Shown here: positions 28,323-37,934 of the stretch, piece by piece
How positions within the stretch are numbered: the first letter of the stretch is position 1
Layout: every line of letters starts with the position of its first letter
Sequence record: OL960580
Source: Escherichia phage vB_EcoM_SA21RB
Strand: one strand, 5' to 3'
DNA: 64,000 nt
Translations under genes and position numbers: made by a program
The notes under the pieces: model-generated
The model's database searches: none
What the model saw: only the letters and a program-made list of their open reading frames with translations
What the model was told of the DNA's origin: nothing

Positions 28323-28323
28323 G

Positions 28324-28602
28324 TTATTCTTTAAATCTAATCAATTTATTCATAGACTTTGAAACTTCTGCACGAACCTCATGTAGATTTTTGAGCTGTT
28401 CAAGGCGCTGCGTATAGTAAGCAATTTCATCTTCTTCGAGACAGTCCTGTGAATCTTCTTTAAGATAACGTGCATAGTCCTGGAAAGCGTTACGGATTAC
28501 TTCCTGGAAATCATCAAGACTTTGAATTTTCTTAGGAGCAGCAGATACACGACGAGGGGCAGTATAATACTCATAACCAAACCCTGCACTTAATTGAGCC
28601 AT
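28324..28602 (-). CDS. hypothetical protein
   Basis: 92 aa from internal Met [10 protein letters not shown] (track ORF starts 14 codons earlier). Confidence 0.4.
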   Translation of the reverse strand: MAQLSAGFGYEYYTAPRRVSAAPKKIQSLDDFQEVIRNAFQDYARYLKEDSQDCLEEDEIAYYTQRLEQLKNLHEVRAEVSKSMNKLIRFKE

Positions 28603-28868
28603 TAATATTTTTCCTCTGGTTGGAACATTGCACGACAAGCCCACATACTGGCTTCTTTGAGTTTCGTTTTAGCAATAGTTAACTGATCGAGGCTTTCAGC
28701 ATAATTCTTCGCGAGTTCATCATCTTCACAGCTATCGAATGCTTCCCAGAATTCATCATATAAAGCATCAAAGATAAGTCCTAAACGAACTTCAGCGTCT
28801 TTGATAGCATTCACTTTACCGATTTTCTCTTCAGTATGCGGCTTATAACCTTTAATGTCTTCAATCAT
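28602..28868 (-). CDS. hypothetical protein (at the remembered position of T4 vs.4/Acb2)
   Basis: 88 aa from MIEDIKGYK; second ORF upstream of regB, where I recall T4 vs.4; sequence identity not verified. Confidence 0.4.
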   Translation of the reverse strand: MIEDIKGYKPHTEEKIGKVNAIKDAEVRLGLIFDALYDEFWEAFDSCEDDELAKNYAESLDQLTIAKTKLKEASMWACRAMFQPEEKY

Positions 28869-29082
28869 ATTTGACTTCCTCACCAGTACATAAATCATAT
28901 TCAACTAAACGAATAGGTTCATGAATGCCATATCCCTGAACAGAAATTTCTGTCGTAGGATAAATTCCATCAATATCACCCATATTCCACGCTTCGTTAA
29001 ATTGCTGTTCGCCTGAATTACTAAACCACTCGGCGAAAGCATTTAGCACATCTTTAGAACCTTCAATAATTATCTTTGCCAT
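28861..29082 (-). CDS. hypothetical small acidic protein
   Basis: 73-aa ORF. Confidence 0.4.
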   Translation of the reverse strand: MAKIIIEGSKDVLNAFAEWFSNSGEQQFNEAWNMGDIDGIYPTTEISVQGYGIHEPIRLVEYDLCTGEEVKYD

Positions 29083-29444
29083 TACAAACTCTCGGTAAAG
29101 GTACGAGCGATAACGTCGCGCTGCTGTTCCGGAGTCAGAGAGTTAAAGCGAACTGCATAACCGGATACACGGATGGTCAGCTGCGGATATTTTTCCGGAT
29201 GCTTAACTGCATCTTCCAGAGTTTCACGACGCAGAACGTTAACGTTCAGGTGTTGACCACCTTCAACTTTAACTGTAGGCTGTTGCTCAATTTCAATTTC
29301 ACGGGCATGCAAACCGTAGAAAATTTCTGGGTCTACAAAAGAGTCCTCTTTAAAGGTTTTAGAGACAATAATTCGTGCTTGAATACCATCTTCAAAATAA
29401 ATAGTACCTTTATGTGTGCCTTCAAGAATTTGATATGCTTTCAT
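29082..29444 (-). CDS. autonomous glycyl-radical cofactor (GrcA/YfiD-like)
   Basis: 120 aa; C-terminal [25 protein letters not shown] is the glycyl-radical loop found in GrcA and pyruvate formate-lyase. Confidence 0.75.
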   Translation of the reverse strand: MKAYQILEGTHKGTIYFEDGIQARIIVSKTFKEDSFVDPEIFYGLHAREIEIEQQPTVKVEGGQHLNVNVLRRETLEDAVKHPEKYPQLTIRVSGYAVRFNSLTPEQQRDVIARTFTESL

Positions 29445-29451
29445 ATAAACC

Positions 29452-29778
29452 TCAATTAGAAAATAAATTTATCCAAGATTGTTCTTTAATTAAAAATGGC
29501 TCAGAATCATATGCCATTAAACTCTGCGTGATTAGTCCTTTAAAAGGTCCATCAATAAATTCCATGGTAAAATATGGAATTTTATTCATTAGCCGTGCAT
29601 TAGGAGCAGTACATAAAACTTTGCATCCTTTGAATACACCCTTTTGTAATTTGTATTGCTTGGGATAAAATTCGCTCAAAATGTTATTATTTGCTAAAAT
29701 TTCAAAATGATTCACCAATTTATTTTTAATAGTTTTTGGCGAAAAATAAAGATATTCGAAAAGCTGAGTGTCTGTCAT
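29452..29778 (-). CDS. hypothetical protein
   Basis: start placed at ATG overlapping upstream stop (caaTGATGACA); 108 aa. Confidence 0.45.
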   Translation of the reverse strand: MTDTQLFEYLYFSPKTIKNKLVNHFEILANNNILSEFYPKQYKLQKGVFKGCKVLCTAPNARLMNKIPYFTMEFIDGPFKGLITQSLMAYDSEPFLIKEQSWINLFSN

Positions 29779-30365
29779 CATTGCATTCCGATTACGAAAA
29801 ACTGTGGACGAGTAATACCGCCAATACAACATTTAATATTACAGCAGCAGTGTACGGTGTCAATATGGACACTATAAATCTTATCCATATCAGGAGATTT
29901 GACAGGCTCGTCAATTATATACAAAATTCGCGAAAGCGATAAACCTCTGAACTTGCTTCCTTTATTACCTATAAAACTGCGCACAGAATCAGTAAATAAA
30001 CGAAAACGTATATCATCATTAGAATAACGCGAAAATTCCTTTTTAATGTTATTTGCAGAAATTTTAGCGTAAGCTGAAGTATTAGAAAGAACAATAACTG
30101 TTCCACCGTCATACAACCAATTAGCGGCAAAATTAGTTACTGCAGTTGATTTACCAGATTGACGTCCACCATCTAGTCGAAGTGTGCAATACTGCTTAAG
30201 TAAGTCTTCAAATGGCGGGATATATTCGTTTTTACAAATTTCTTCTACTCTAGCGTCAGAATGGTGTGTAAAAGCATTCATCAGGGATAGATAAGGACCA
30301 GTTAAAAATGTTCTCATTTTCTTCTCTCTAAATTTGGGCCATTCCATGGCGCATGAATTGTCCAT
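29778..30365 (-). CDS. P-loop NTP-binding protein
   Basis: 195 aa; Walker A GGRQSGKST, Walker B-like LYIIDEP; cysteine cluster at C-terminus. Confidence 0.5.
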   Translation of the reverse strand: MDNSCAMEWPKFREKKMRTFLTGPYLSLMNAFTHHSDARVEEICKNEYIPPFEDLLKQYCTLRLDGGRQSGKSTAVTNFAANWLYDGGTVIVLSNTSAYAKISANNIKKEFSRYSNDDIRFRLFTDSVRSFIGNKGSKFRGLSLSRILYIIDEPVKSPDMDKIYSVHIDTVHCCCNIKCCIGGITRPQFFVIGMQ

Positions 30366-30470
30366 TTCTGTATTTACCCATTACCGCACTTGGGCTCGAC
30401 CTTATTACAGGTTGGCGGGAATCCCTCATAGAATCATGAGGTCCAGCTTGTTCCCATATTTCTTATTTGC

Positions 30471-30944
30471 TTATTTGAATGATTTGACGTACTGAATAGA
30501 ACCTTTACTATTCACGAAAGCGATTTTACCATTTTTATTATACATGGTAGCAGTACGCTGATAGCCATAAGTTTGTTTACCAGATTGATAACCAACTAAT
30601 GCGAAATTATCTTCACCCATTTTATTCTGTTTAGCGCGAATACGTTCATGACCGTGTGCCATAAGAACCTTAGCATCACCAGTTGCAATGGATCGACGAG
30701 TTTTTTCATCTTCAACTGTATTAACAAAGTCGTCAAATGAATCAAATTTAGCATGAGATTTATTATACAGTTTTCCATCTACTGCATAATTATATCCTTG
30801 TACATCCATCTCAACTTCTGTACCATCATCCAATACAGCAGTGATTTTCTGACCTTTTTTAAATTTCAAAAGATCAGTAAAAGATTCAGCAATAATTTGA
30901 GAATTAATAGCTGCTTCAGTAATAAATTCTTGATATGTTTTCAT
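30471..30944 (-). CDS. internal-protein-like protein with capsid targeting sequence
   Basis: 157 aa; N-terminal MKTYQEFITEA (T4 internal-protein targeting peptide with L/I-x-E cleavage motif); adjacent to ipIII. Confidence 0.65.
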   Translation of the reverse strand: MKTYQEFITEAAINSQIIAESFTDLLKFKKGQKITAVLDDGTEVEMDVQGYNYAVDGKLYNKSHAKFDSFDDFVNTVEDEKTRRSIATGDAKVLMAHGHERIRAKQNKMGEDNFALVGYQSGKQTYGYQRTATMYNKNGKIAFVNSKGSIQYVKSFK

Positions 30945-30985
30945 ATGTTTCCTTTAAATGTAAATAGGTCTGAGTATTAGCTTTA

Positions 30986-31567
30986 TTAAGAATTACCACG
31001 GGCTGCATTAGCAACGGCGTAAGCGTACTGAACATTAGCGTCTTTAAACGTACCTTTAGAGGTATCTAGTTCTGCCTTAAAGCCGCCTTTAGTCATAACC
31101 TCGGCGAATTCTTTACGGAAAGCCATTGCATCAAGGCTTCTCCATGATGATTTGTGCTTGGCGAATTCAAGACCAGCGTAGTTGACAGCCTTAGCTAATT
31201 TATTATCAATAACCCATTTACCAGATTTAGGCACAAACACCGGGCCTTTCTGTTTAGAGAATAGTTTTAAATTCCAGCGACGAAGGTCACCGTCAGCTTT
31301 AACAAAAGCTGCGTCCAAGTTACTAGCAACAACATCTTGAATATGACCAAATTTAAGCCCATCAACTTCAATATTTAAATCGGTACGCCAGCGAAGTCCT
31401 TCCCAAGCGAAGGCTTTAAAGTCGGAAGCCTTTGTAGCTAAGTACCGTTCAATAGGAGCTGTTTTAGGGTCAAAGCCGTTTCCCGATCGGTAGGTCCACT
31501 CATCTTTATTAATGCCTTTGGCCTTTACTACAGAAGCTTCGGCAATAAATTCTTGATAGGTTTTCAT
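30986..31567 (-). CDS. ipIII: internal protein III
   Basis: 193 aa; MKTYQEFIAEASVVKAKG targeting peptide and body matching remembered T4 IPIII; early promoter upstream. Confidence 0.85.
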   Translation of the reverse strand: MKTYQEFIAEASVVKAKGINKDEWTYRSGNGFDPKTAPIERYLATKASDFKAFAWEGLRWRTDLNIEVDGLKFGHIQDVVASNLDAAFVKADGDLRRWNLKLFSKQKGPVFVPKSGKWVIDNKLAKAVNYAGLEFAKHKSSWRSLDAMAFRKEFAEVMTKGGFKAELDTSKGTFKDANVQYAYAVANAARGNS

Positions 31568-31626
31568 GTGTATCCTTTAAATGTAATTATTTTAATTAAT
31601 AATTTATCTCTTCAAGTAACTGTGAA

Positions 31627-31661
31627 TATACTATCACAATTCCAAGAGAAAGTAAACGGCT

Positions 31662-31662
<1 letters not shown>
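31627..31662 (-). promoter_or_regulatory. T4 early promoter for ipIII
   Basis: minus strand GTTTAC ... TGATAGTATAT. Confidence 0.6.
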
Positions 31663-32630
<968 letters not shown>

Positions 32631-32649
<19 letters not shown>

Positions 32650-33119
32650 TCAGTGATAAAGTTATTTAAATTTTGAGTATATTTCTTTTCATCAAAAATC
32701 TTTTGCTGCCTACGTAAACGCCATGGCATTTCAATGAACACGCACCATATTCCTGATAGTACTGCTGCTGTAAAAATATTAACAAGTATGATTAAAAGAA
32801 TCCAATCTCCCGTTCTGCCTACTGGACTTTCTCCAAAGAAGCAAAATACAAATGATGTCACAGGAAAACTAATGATATACCACAGAATAACCTTCTTATC
32901 TGTGAACCAATCAGCGTTCGTTAATTTAGCGCGACCATTATGAATACACACGAATTTATCATCTGTTGCAGTAGATGGCTTAACTGGTTGATATCCCATT
33001 CTAAACTCCCTAATCAGCAAATTTTTCATATCTTCGGAACAGCCGCTCCAGTCAACTCTATCGACTGAAATGCCATCGTCCCCATCATCTAAATCATACC
33101 AGCGAGTTTTTAAAATCAT
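32631..33119 (-). CDS. small membrane protein (paralog family)
   Basis: 162 aa; two hydrophobic segments; C-terminal NNFITECRKLK shared with neighbours. Confidence 0.5.
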
Positions 33120-33490
33120 TTGATTTTCCTACAATCACTCACAAACTCTTTCATTGATTCATTTTCAATATAAGACATGTAGTTATTATATTCTTTTAAT
33201 TGTATTTTGTAATCCTTTTTTCTTTGCCAATTTATTTTAAAATTATCATAATGAAAATATAAAATGATACTAAAGAATGAAAATAATGAAATTGCTATAG
33301 TATAATGAAGTTCACTCCAAACTTCTATTATATCTACTATACCGCTGACGTTACTGCGGATGTTTAAAATAATACAGTCAATCATTAATCCAATAAGACT
33401 ACCAGCAAGAGCTGCAGCCAACGCCACAGCAAAAATTAAAAATGACTCAGAAAAAGAATATTTGACTTTATTTAGTTTTGGCTTTTGCAT
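33116..33490 (-). CDS. small membrane protein (paralog family)
   Basis: 124 aa; two hydrophobic segments; C-terminal KEFVSDCRKIK. Confidence 0.5.
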   Translation of the reverse strand: MQKPKLNKVKYSFSESFLIFAVALAAALAGSLIGLMIDCIILNIRSNVSGIVDIIEVWSELHYTIAISLFSFFSIILYFHYDNFKINWQRKKDYKIQLKEYNNYMSYIENESMKEFVSDCRKIK

Positions 33491-33885
33491 CGTGATTCCT
33501 TAACAAATTTCATAATTTCATTAAATTCATACATATTTAGTTTAAGCTGGTGTTCCTTTTTAATCTTTTTACACTGTGCTTTCCAATCACGTACGCGTTT
33601 ACGATAATGTCTTCCTTGATACCAGTATCCTACCCAATTTACAGGTACTAATAAAAGTGGAACTATTAATGGAAGAATTAGCATTAATACAAGTATTTCG
33701 CCAGAATCAATATCAGTCATAACATCTAAAACACCTCCAATAATCAATAGAATTACAAATGATATGAGTATAACAGGACCTATTAATACATCAGTAGAAA
33801 TTATCTGACGCTTTAATTCATACTTCAACGGTTTACTTGGAAGGTATAGTGATGGTTTTGACATATTCTCTGCATTCCTTAACAA
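33472..33885 (-). CDS. small membrane protein (paralog family)
   Basis: 137 aa; two hydrophobic segments; C-terminal MKFVKESRCK; true start probably internal (MSKPSL). Confidence 0.5.
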   Translation of the reverse strand: MLRNAENMSKPSLYLPSKPLKYELKRQIISTDVLIGPVILISFVILLIIGGVLDVMTDIDSGEILVLMLILPLIVPLLLVPVNWVGYWYQGRHYRKRVRDWKAQCKKIKKEHQLKLNMYEFNEIMKFVKESRCKSQN

Positions 33886-34441
33886 ATTTTTCTAATAATA
33901 AATCGCTTTCAAAATTGGGATTTTCTACGAATTTATCAAAAAGATCATCAACAATAGTTAAGATATTCTTTTTACTAAGAATACGTTTATTTTCATGCTT
34001 CGTTTCAGAATCAACTATAAGAGTAAAGAAATATTTCTTGCCCTGAAATTTTACAGTAGTATCAATATAAAATAAATTTGACTTTTGTAAATTACGTTTA
34101 AACCATGCGTCACTTAAACTATAAACACCGAGATAATCATAATCGTCGTTTAAATAACAGACCGTCCATTCAGGGGAAACGAAATCAGTAAATTCAACGT
34201 CAAAATCGCATGTTAATAAATGAATTGATTCAATACTGTTAATAAGTATTCCAGGACGTATTAAAGACTTTTTACCTCTGGAAAATCTTCCATAAAGACT
34301 TTCATCAGTTTCATATGAAGAACCCCAATAATAATTACGTCCTTCTGCCATACGTTTAAGAGCATTTAGTAATTGGTCTGGAACATCAACTTGTCTTTGG
34401 AATTCTTCAAACATTGAATTGAAATCACTTTGCATTTTCAT
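33833..34441 (-). CDS. hypothetical protein
   Basis: 202 aa; C-terminus EKFVKECREYVK shares the FVKEC motif with downstream membrane genes. Confidence 0.5.
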   Translation of the reverse strand: MKMQSDFNSMFEEFQRQVDVPDQLLNALKRMAEGRNYYWGSSYETDESLYGRFSRGKKSLIRPGILINSIESIHLLTCDFDVEFTDFVSPEWTVCYLNDDYDYLGVYSLSDAWFKRNLQKSNLFYIDTTVKFQGKKYFFTLIVDSETKHENKRILSKKNILTIVDDLFDKFVENPNFESDLLLEKFVKECREYVKTITIPSK

Positions 34442-34482
34442 TCCTATTTACTCCAAGTAATAGGGGCCGAAGCCCCTTATCA

Positions 34483-35076
34483 TTATTTCAGAGAATTAAT
34501 ATATTCCTGAACATCGGCAGAGGTAGTTTCAACCCCAGAAATATTGCCATTAAAGGTTTCAACTCGGGCAAGAGTATCTTCAATATCAACCTTAGTCAGC
34601 GCTGCAATTTCAACTACATCATCAGCAGTACTAATTCCGAGGGCATTCGCAGCACGAGTTTCACGGATATATTCCAATTTAACTGCAAGTTCTTGGCGAG
34701 CATCATCTAACTCAACTACTTTCTTGGCGATTTCAATTCGCATTTCAGCATAACCATCAGCTTTAGTAGTCAACTGCTCAGCTGTTCGACGATATAGTAA
34801 ACCAAGTTTAGCATGCATTGTTACATCTTGACCTTCAGAAAGAAGTTTACGAATTTCACGCTCTTTTGATTCGGCTTGTCGATTCTTTTCGATAACAAGT
34901 TCACGAATACGTTTTTCTTCATTAATAGATTTAACAGAAGCAGTTTTTAGATCTTTAATTTTATCAAGCAGTTTTGCTGCTGCAGCAGTATACTGTTCTT
35001 CAACAGATAGATTTTTAGCCATAGCAGAACCAAGTTTAGTGCGAATAAACTCAACAATTTTCTTCAGTGTGTTCAT
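34483..35076 (-). CDS. hypothetical coiled-coil protein
   Basis: 197 aa; long alpha-helical/coiled-coil-like K/E-rich sequence. Confidence 0.5.
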   Translation of the reverse strand: MNTLKKIVEFIRTKLGSAMAKNLSVEEQYTAAAAKLLDKIKDLKTASVKSINEEKRIRELVIEKNRQAESKEREIRKLLSEGQDVTMHAKLGLLYRRTAEQLTTKADGYAEMRIEIAKKVVELDDARQELAVKLEYIRETRAANALGISTADDVVEIAALTKVDIEDTLARVETFNGNISGVETTSADVQEYINSLK

Positions 35077-35151
35077 AGTATTTCCTTAGGTTAATTGAGA
35101 TTTAAAATCCGTTGGAGTATTATATCTTGTTCTCCGAGGGGTGTAAACACG

Positions 35152-35550
35152 CTATTTCATTTTTGCGAGACAGATTTCATTGGCTTCCCATTGAGCTTGC
35201 TTAATAATAGCTTTGGATACAGGAACCTTTTGACCATAAGTTTTTGATGTTGAGAGAACAATATATTTGTTTGCCTCATTATGCCAACCCCATGATTTTT
35301 CGCCATGAGTACCTTTAACTACAGCTGACACCTCAACAGAACAACCATCAGCTCCAATCTTGGTATCCACAATCCATTCATTTCTCTCGGCAGCTTCATT
35401 TTCCGACCTCATTTTTTCTTCATACACGGCGGCCCAATCAGTTTTTGTCAAGCTTAAACTAAGAGCTTTCTCTAATTCTTTGGCAGCTTTTTGTTGTTCG
35501 GGTGTTAATGAATTATATAACTCTCGCATTTCTTTATCTTCAATATTCAT
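35152..35550 (-). CDS. hypothetical protein
   Basis: 132-aa ORF. Confidence 0.45.
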   Translation of the reverse strand: MNIEDKEMRELYNSLTPEQQKAAKELEKALSLSLTKTDWAAVYEEKMRSENEAAERNEWIVDTKIGADGCSVEVSAVVKGTHGEKSWGWHNEANKYIVLSTSKTYGQKVPVSKAIIKQAQWEANEICLAKMK

Positions 35551-35605
35551 TATGTTCTCCTCAAGTTACAGGCTCATAATATCTCAATCATGAGCCTGTG
35601 TAAAC

Positions 35606-35881
35606 TTATTTCATATTATTGAAATATTCTTCTGCGATTTCGTCGTTATCATGGTAAACTTTAGAAGACAGTTTAACATAACCTTCAGCAGTGAACATGT
35701 TAATCACAACTTTTACAGTATACCACTGACCGTCTTCATTACCCATTACTGCGTAAGTTTCAAACATCGGATGGTCAGGACCGATAACTTTAATATCATT
35801 CACTGTACGACCGAAATCTTCTGAAACGCATTTCATAAAGAAGTTGAACAGTTCGCCGTAATTATCCATTTCATTCTCCAA
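35606..35881 (-). CDS. hypothetical protein
   Basis: 91-aa ORF; early promoter upstream. Confidence 0.45.
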   Translation of the reverse strand: MENEMDNYGELFNFFMKCVSEDFGRTVNDIKVIGPDHPMFETYAVMGNEDGQWYTVKVVINMFTAEGYVKLSSKVYHDNDEIAEEYFNNMK

Positions 35882-35907
35882 GTTGTTTTCTGTATCAGTA
35901 GTTGATA

Positions 35908-35944
35908 GTTGTATAGTACCATGGAAGAACAGGGATGTAAACCG
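35908..35944 (-). promoter_or_regulatory. T4 early promoter
   Basis: minus strand GTTTAC ... TGGTACTATAC. Confidence 0.6.
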
Positions 35945-36075
35945 TTTTGTGAAAAATTTTTTAAAAAGTTTTAGAGAATTCTAGGGAGGGAAGGGGCAAT
36001 TAAAGGATAGGATAATATATTATAAAGGGTAGAAACTAAATGATGCCTAGAGAGGTCCAGAAAGGTCTAGATGCC

Positions 36076-36100
36076 AAAAAGCCCTATCATTTAGATAGGG
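36076..36100 (-). terminator. rho-independent terminator
   Basis: minus strand CCCTATCTAAATGATAGGG followed by CTTTTTGG, after ORF 36109-36672. Confidence 0.6.
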
Positions 36101-36108
36101 ATTTAAAA

Positions 36109-36672
36109 TTATTTATCTAGTTTAGTTATTATAGCTTCTGCGGCAGCTTTTAGCTTAGATGCGGTGTTAATACGATTTTTAATTTCAGTATACGCATCGC
36201 CAAGAACATCAAGGCTATCAGAATAAACACTTACACTATTGCGTTCGCTATTTGAAATAGAACCTTTAGTTTTACGATCAAAATCGGTGTACACGTCTTG
36301 AAGATCACGGGCTGCCTTCTTTGCATCATCCAATGCGTCAAGAGCTTTATTCAAAGCATTAACGTATTTTTTAGTGTCAAACATATTCTTAGAAATTTTA
36401 ACAGGTGCGCGTTCAGGAGTAGCTAATGTAGATTTAGGAACCTGAGCGCCAGATGCCAATTTCTTAGAAATTTTGAAAAACGCTTTATTGAATTTATTTT
36501 CTTGACTCATCGTAAAAGAACTATTATCGATGTTGTACATTTCAATAGCTTTAGCTTTCCACTTAAGAAAATCGCCGCGGTCTTTTGGGTCCAAGTGGAA
36601 GAATACTTTAGTAAGATCTGCTTCAGATGGTAATTTTGCTGCTTCGGTTAAAAATTCGGCATAGGTTTTCAT
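36109..36672 (-). CDS. internal-protein-like protein with capsid targeting sequence
   Basis: 187 aa; N-terminal MKTYAEFLTEAAK resembles the T4 internal-protein targeting peptide; terminator hairpin downstream. Confidence 0.55.
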   Translation of the reverse strand: MKTYAEFLTEAAKLPSEADLTKVFFHLDPKDRGDFLKWKAKAIEMYNIDNSSFTMSQENKFNKAFFKISKKLASGAQVPKSTLATPERAPVKISKNMFDTKKYVNALNKALDALDDAKKAARDLQDVYTDFDRKTKGSISNSERNSVSVYSDSLDVLGDAYTEIKNRINTASKLKAAAEAIITKLDK

Positions 36673-36762
36673 TTAAAATCCTTGAAATAATTTATCAGTT
36701 GGTTATTAATTATTTATTACTTTGTTATTATCCGTAACAGCATTCTCTATGTGATTCAAACT

Positions 36763-36789
36763 AAAAAGCCCAACCTTTCGGTTGGGGCT
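36763..36789 (-). terminator. rho-independent terminator (repeat copy A)
   Basis: minus strand AGCCCCAACCGAAAGGTTGGGCT + TTTTT; near-identical copy at 37321. Confidence 0.7.
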
Positions 36790-36796
36790 AAGAATG

Positions 36797-37270
36797 TTAT
36801 TTGATTTGTTTAGCAGACCAAATGCGGTCTTTGATGATTTTTTGAATGTCTTCAACATACTCTAGGTCATGAGCATGTGGGTTATCTTTGAAACTATAGG
36901 CACGGGCTAACTTTTGGCCTTCGGTTTTGATTACTAAAAGCTCTTTAAGGATAGCTTCATACTTAGCGATAATTCCTTTAACAATATTTTTTTCTTGTGT
37001 AGCTTTAGGATCTGCTTTAGGAGCAGGTTTACCCGAAGCCTTTGCAAAAGCAGCACCAGTAGCAACTAAACTTTTCCAGGCCATACTAACCGCATTTCCC
37101 GTAAATCCTTCTGCTTTCATGTCGCGAGCAAATTGGAATCGTGATTCGTCAGAAGCATCTTTATAGGAATATTTACCTGCTGCAATGGCTGCTTTTGCGA
37201 CAGCTTGAATTTCGGTGCTAGATGCTTCATTTAACACCGCTTCATTTAAAAATTGAGCATATGATTTCAT
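36797..37270 (-). CDS. internal-protein-like protein with capsid targeting sequence
   Basis: 157 aa; N-terminal MKSYAQFLNEAV; flanked on both sides by near-identical terminator hairpins. Confidence 0.55.
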   Translation of the reverse strand: MKSYAQFLNEAVLNEASSTEIQAVAKAAIAAGKYSYKDASDESRFQFARDMKAEGFTGNAVSMAWKSLVATGAAFAKASGKPAPKADPKATQEKNIVKGIIAKYEAILKELLVIKTEGQKLARAYSFKDNPHAHDLEYVEDIQKIIKDRIWSAKQIK

Positions 37271-37320
37271 CTTATTTCCTGTTTTAATTCGTAGATTTAA
37301 TATACTACTATATTTATACT

Positions 37321-37348
37321 AAAAAGCCCCAACCTTTCGGTTGGGGCT
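37321..37348 (-). terminator. rho-independent terminator (repeat copy B)
   Basis: minus strand AGCCCCAACCGAAAGGTTGGGGCT + TTTTT. Confidence 0.7.
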
Positions 37349-37396
37349 AAGCCTTGCGGCAACCTTGTCGGGGTTCCACCTGCTAAGGCAAGTGTT

Positions 37397-37490
37397 TGTA
37401 CGAAACGCCGGGATTCGAACCCGGTTATTAAGCAGTTGACGCTACTTAATATTTTTAAAAGGCCATATCTCGACCATATCCGAACGTTCC
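37397..37490 (-). ncRNA. tRNA-like element / small stable RNA candidate
   Basis: canonical T-arm (CCGGG-TTCGAAT-CCCGG) followed by a 7-nt 3-prime acceptor strand that pairs with CGGAACG about 85 nt upstream, but no regular D or anticodon arm; lies downstream of tRNA-Arg. Confidence 0.3.
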
Positions 37491-37664
37491 GTCAAAAACG
37501 CTACTCGGCTTACGGCAAAGATATTTCCTCGAATCGATAATTCGGTGCGCCGTTTCTGCTGTGGTGTAAGGGGATATTAATAAATCGTAAAGATTTATTA
37601 AGACCAGTCCTTACGCAGGGAACATCAGTCCGACGACTTACCGGTAGCGACCCGGTTTCTTGTT

Positions 37665-37740
37665 TGGTCGAGGCAGTAGGGATCGAACCTACGACCTAGG
37701 ACTTAGAAGGTCCTTGCTCTTCCTTCTGAGCTATGCCCCG
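37665..37740 (-). tRNA. tRNA-Arg (anticodon UCU)
   Basis: hand-folded cloverleaf; anticodon loop CTTCTAA; T-loop TTCGATC; encoded CCA. Confidence 0.85.
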
Positions 37741-37744
37741 TAAT

Positions 37745-37820
37745 TGGGGTGACCGATGGGAGTCGAACCCATGACTACGAGAATCACAATCTCGAGTTCT
37801 ACCAACTGAACTACGGCCAC
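37745..37820 (-). tRNA. tRNA-His (anticodon GUG)
   Basis: hand-folded; D-stem GTTC/GAAC, anticodon loop TTGTGAT, T-arm ATGGG-TTCGACT-CCCAT, discriminator C, encoded CCA. Confidence 0.8.
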
Positions 37821-37934
37821 ATTAATACCTACTCCAACAATCAAGATGTCTTCACACGAAATTAAGAGAAGAGTGATCAGTTCAACCCCGATAATCGCGT
37901 CAAGTAGATATTAATGTGACAGTTGTCACAAATT

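Noticed and set aside
29452-30365. Possible frameshifted single gene spanning ORFs 29452-29832 and 29778-30365
   Set aside because: The downstream frame is closed by a TAA immediately upstream of its first ATG, and a TGATG stop-start overlap gives a clean coupled start, so these are two genes.
34483-35076. Possible PspA/IM30-like membrane-stress protein
   Set aside because: The resemblance is only a helical, K/E-rich composition; I could not anchor any specific PspA motif, so it is called a generic coiled-coil protein.
36039-36119. 26-codon plus-strand ORF (ATGATGCCTAGAGAG...) in the intergenic region
   Set aside because: Too short, no ribosome-binding site, and it overlaps a minus-strand terminator hairpin.
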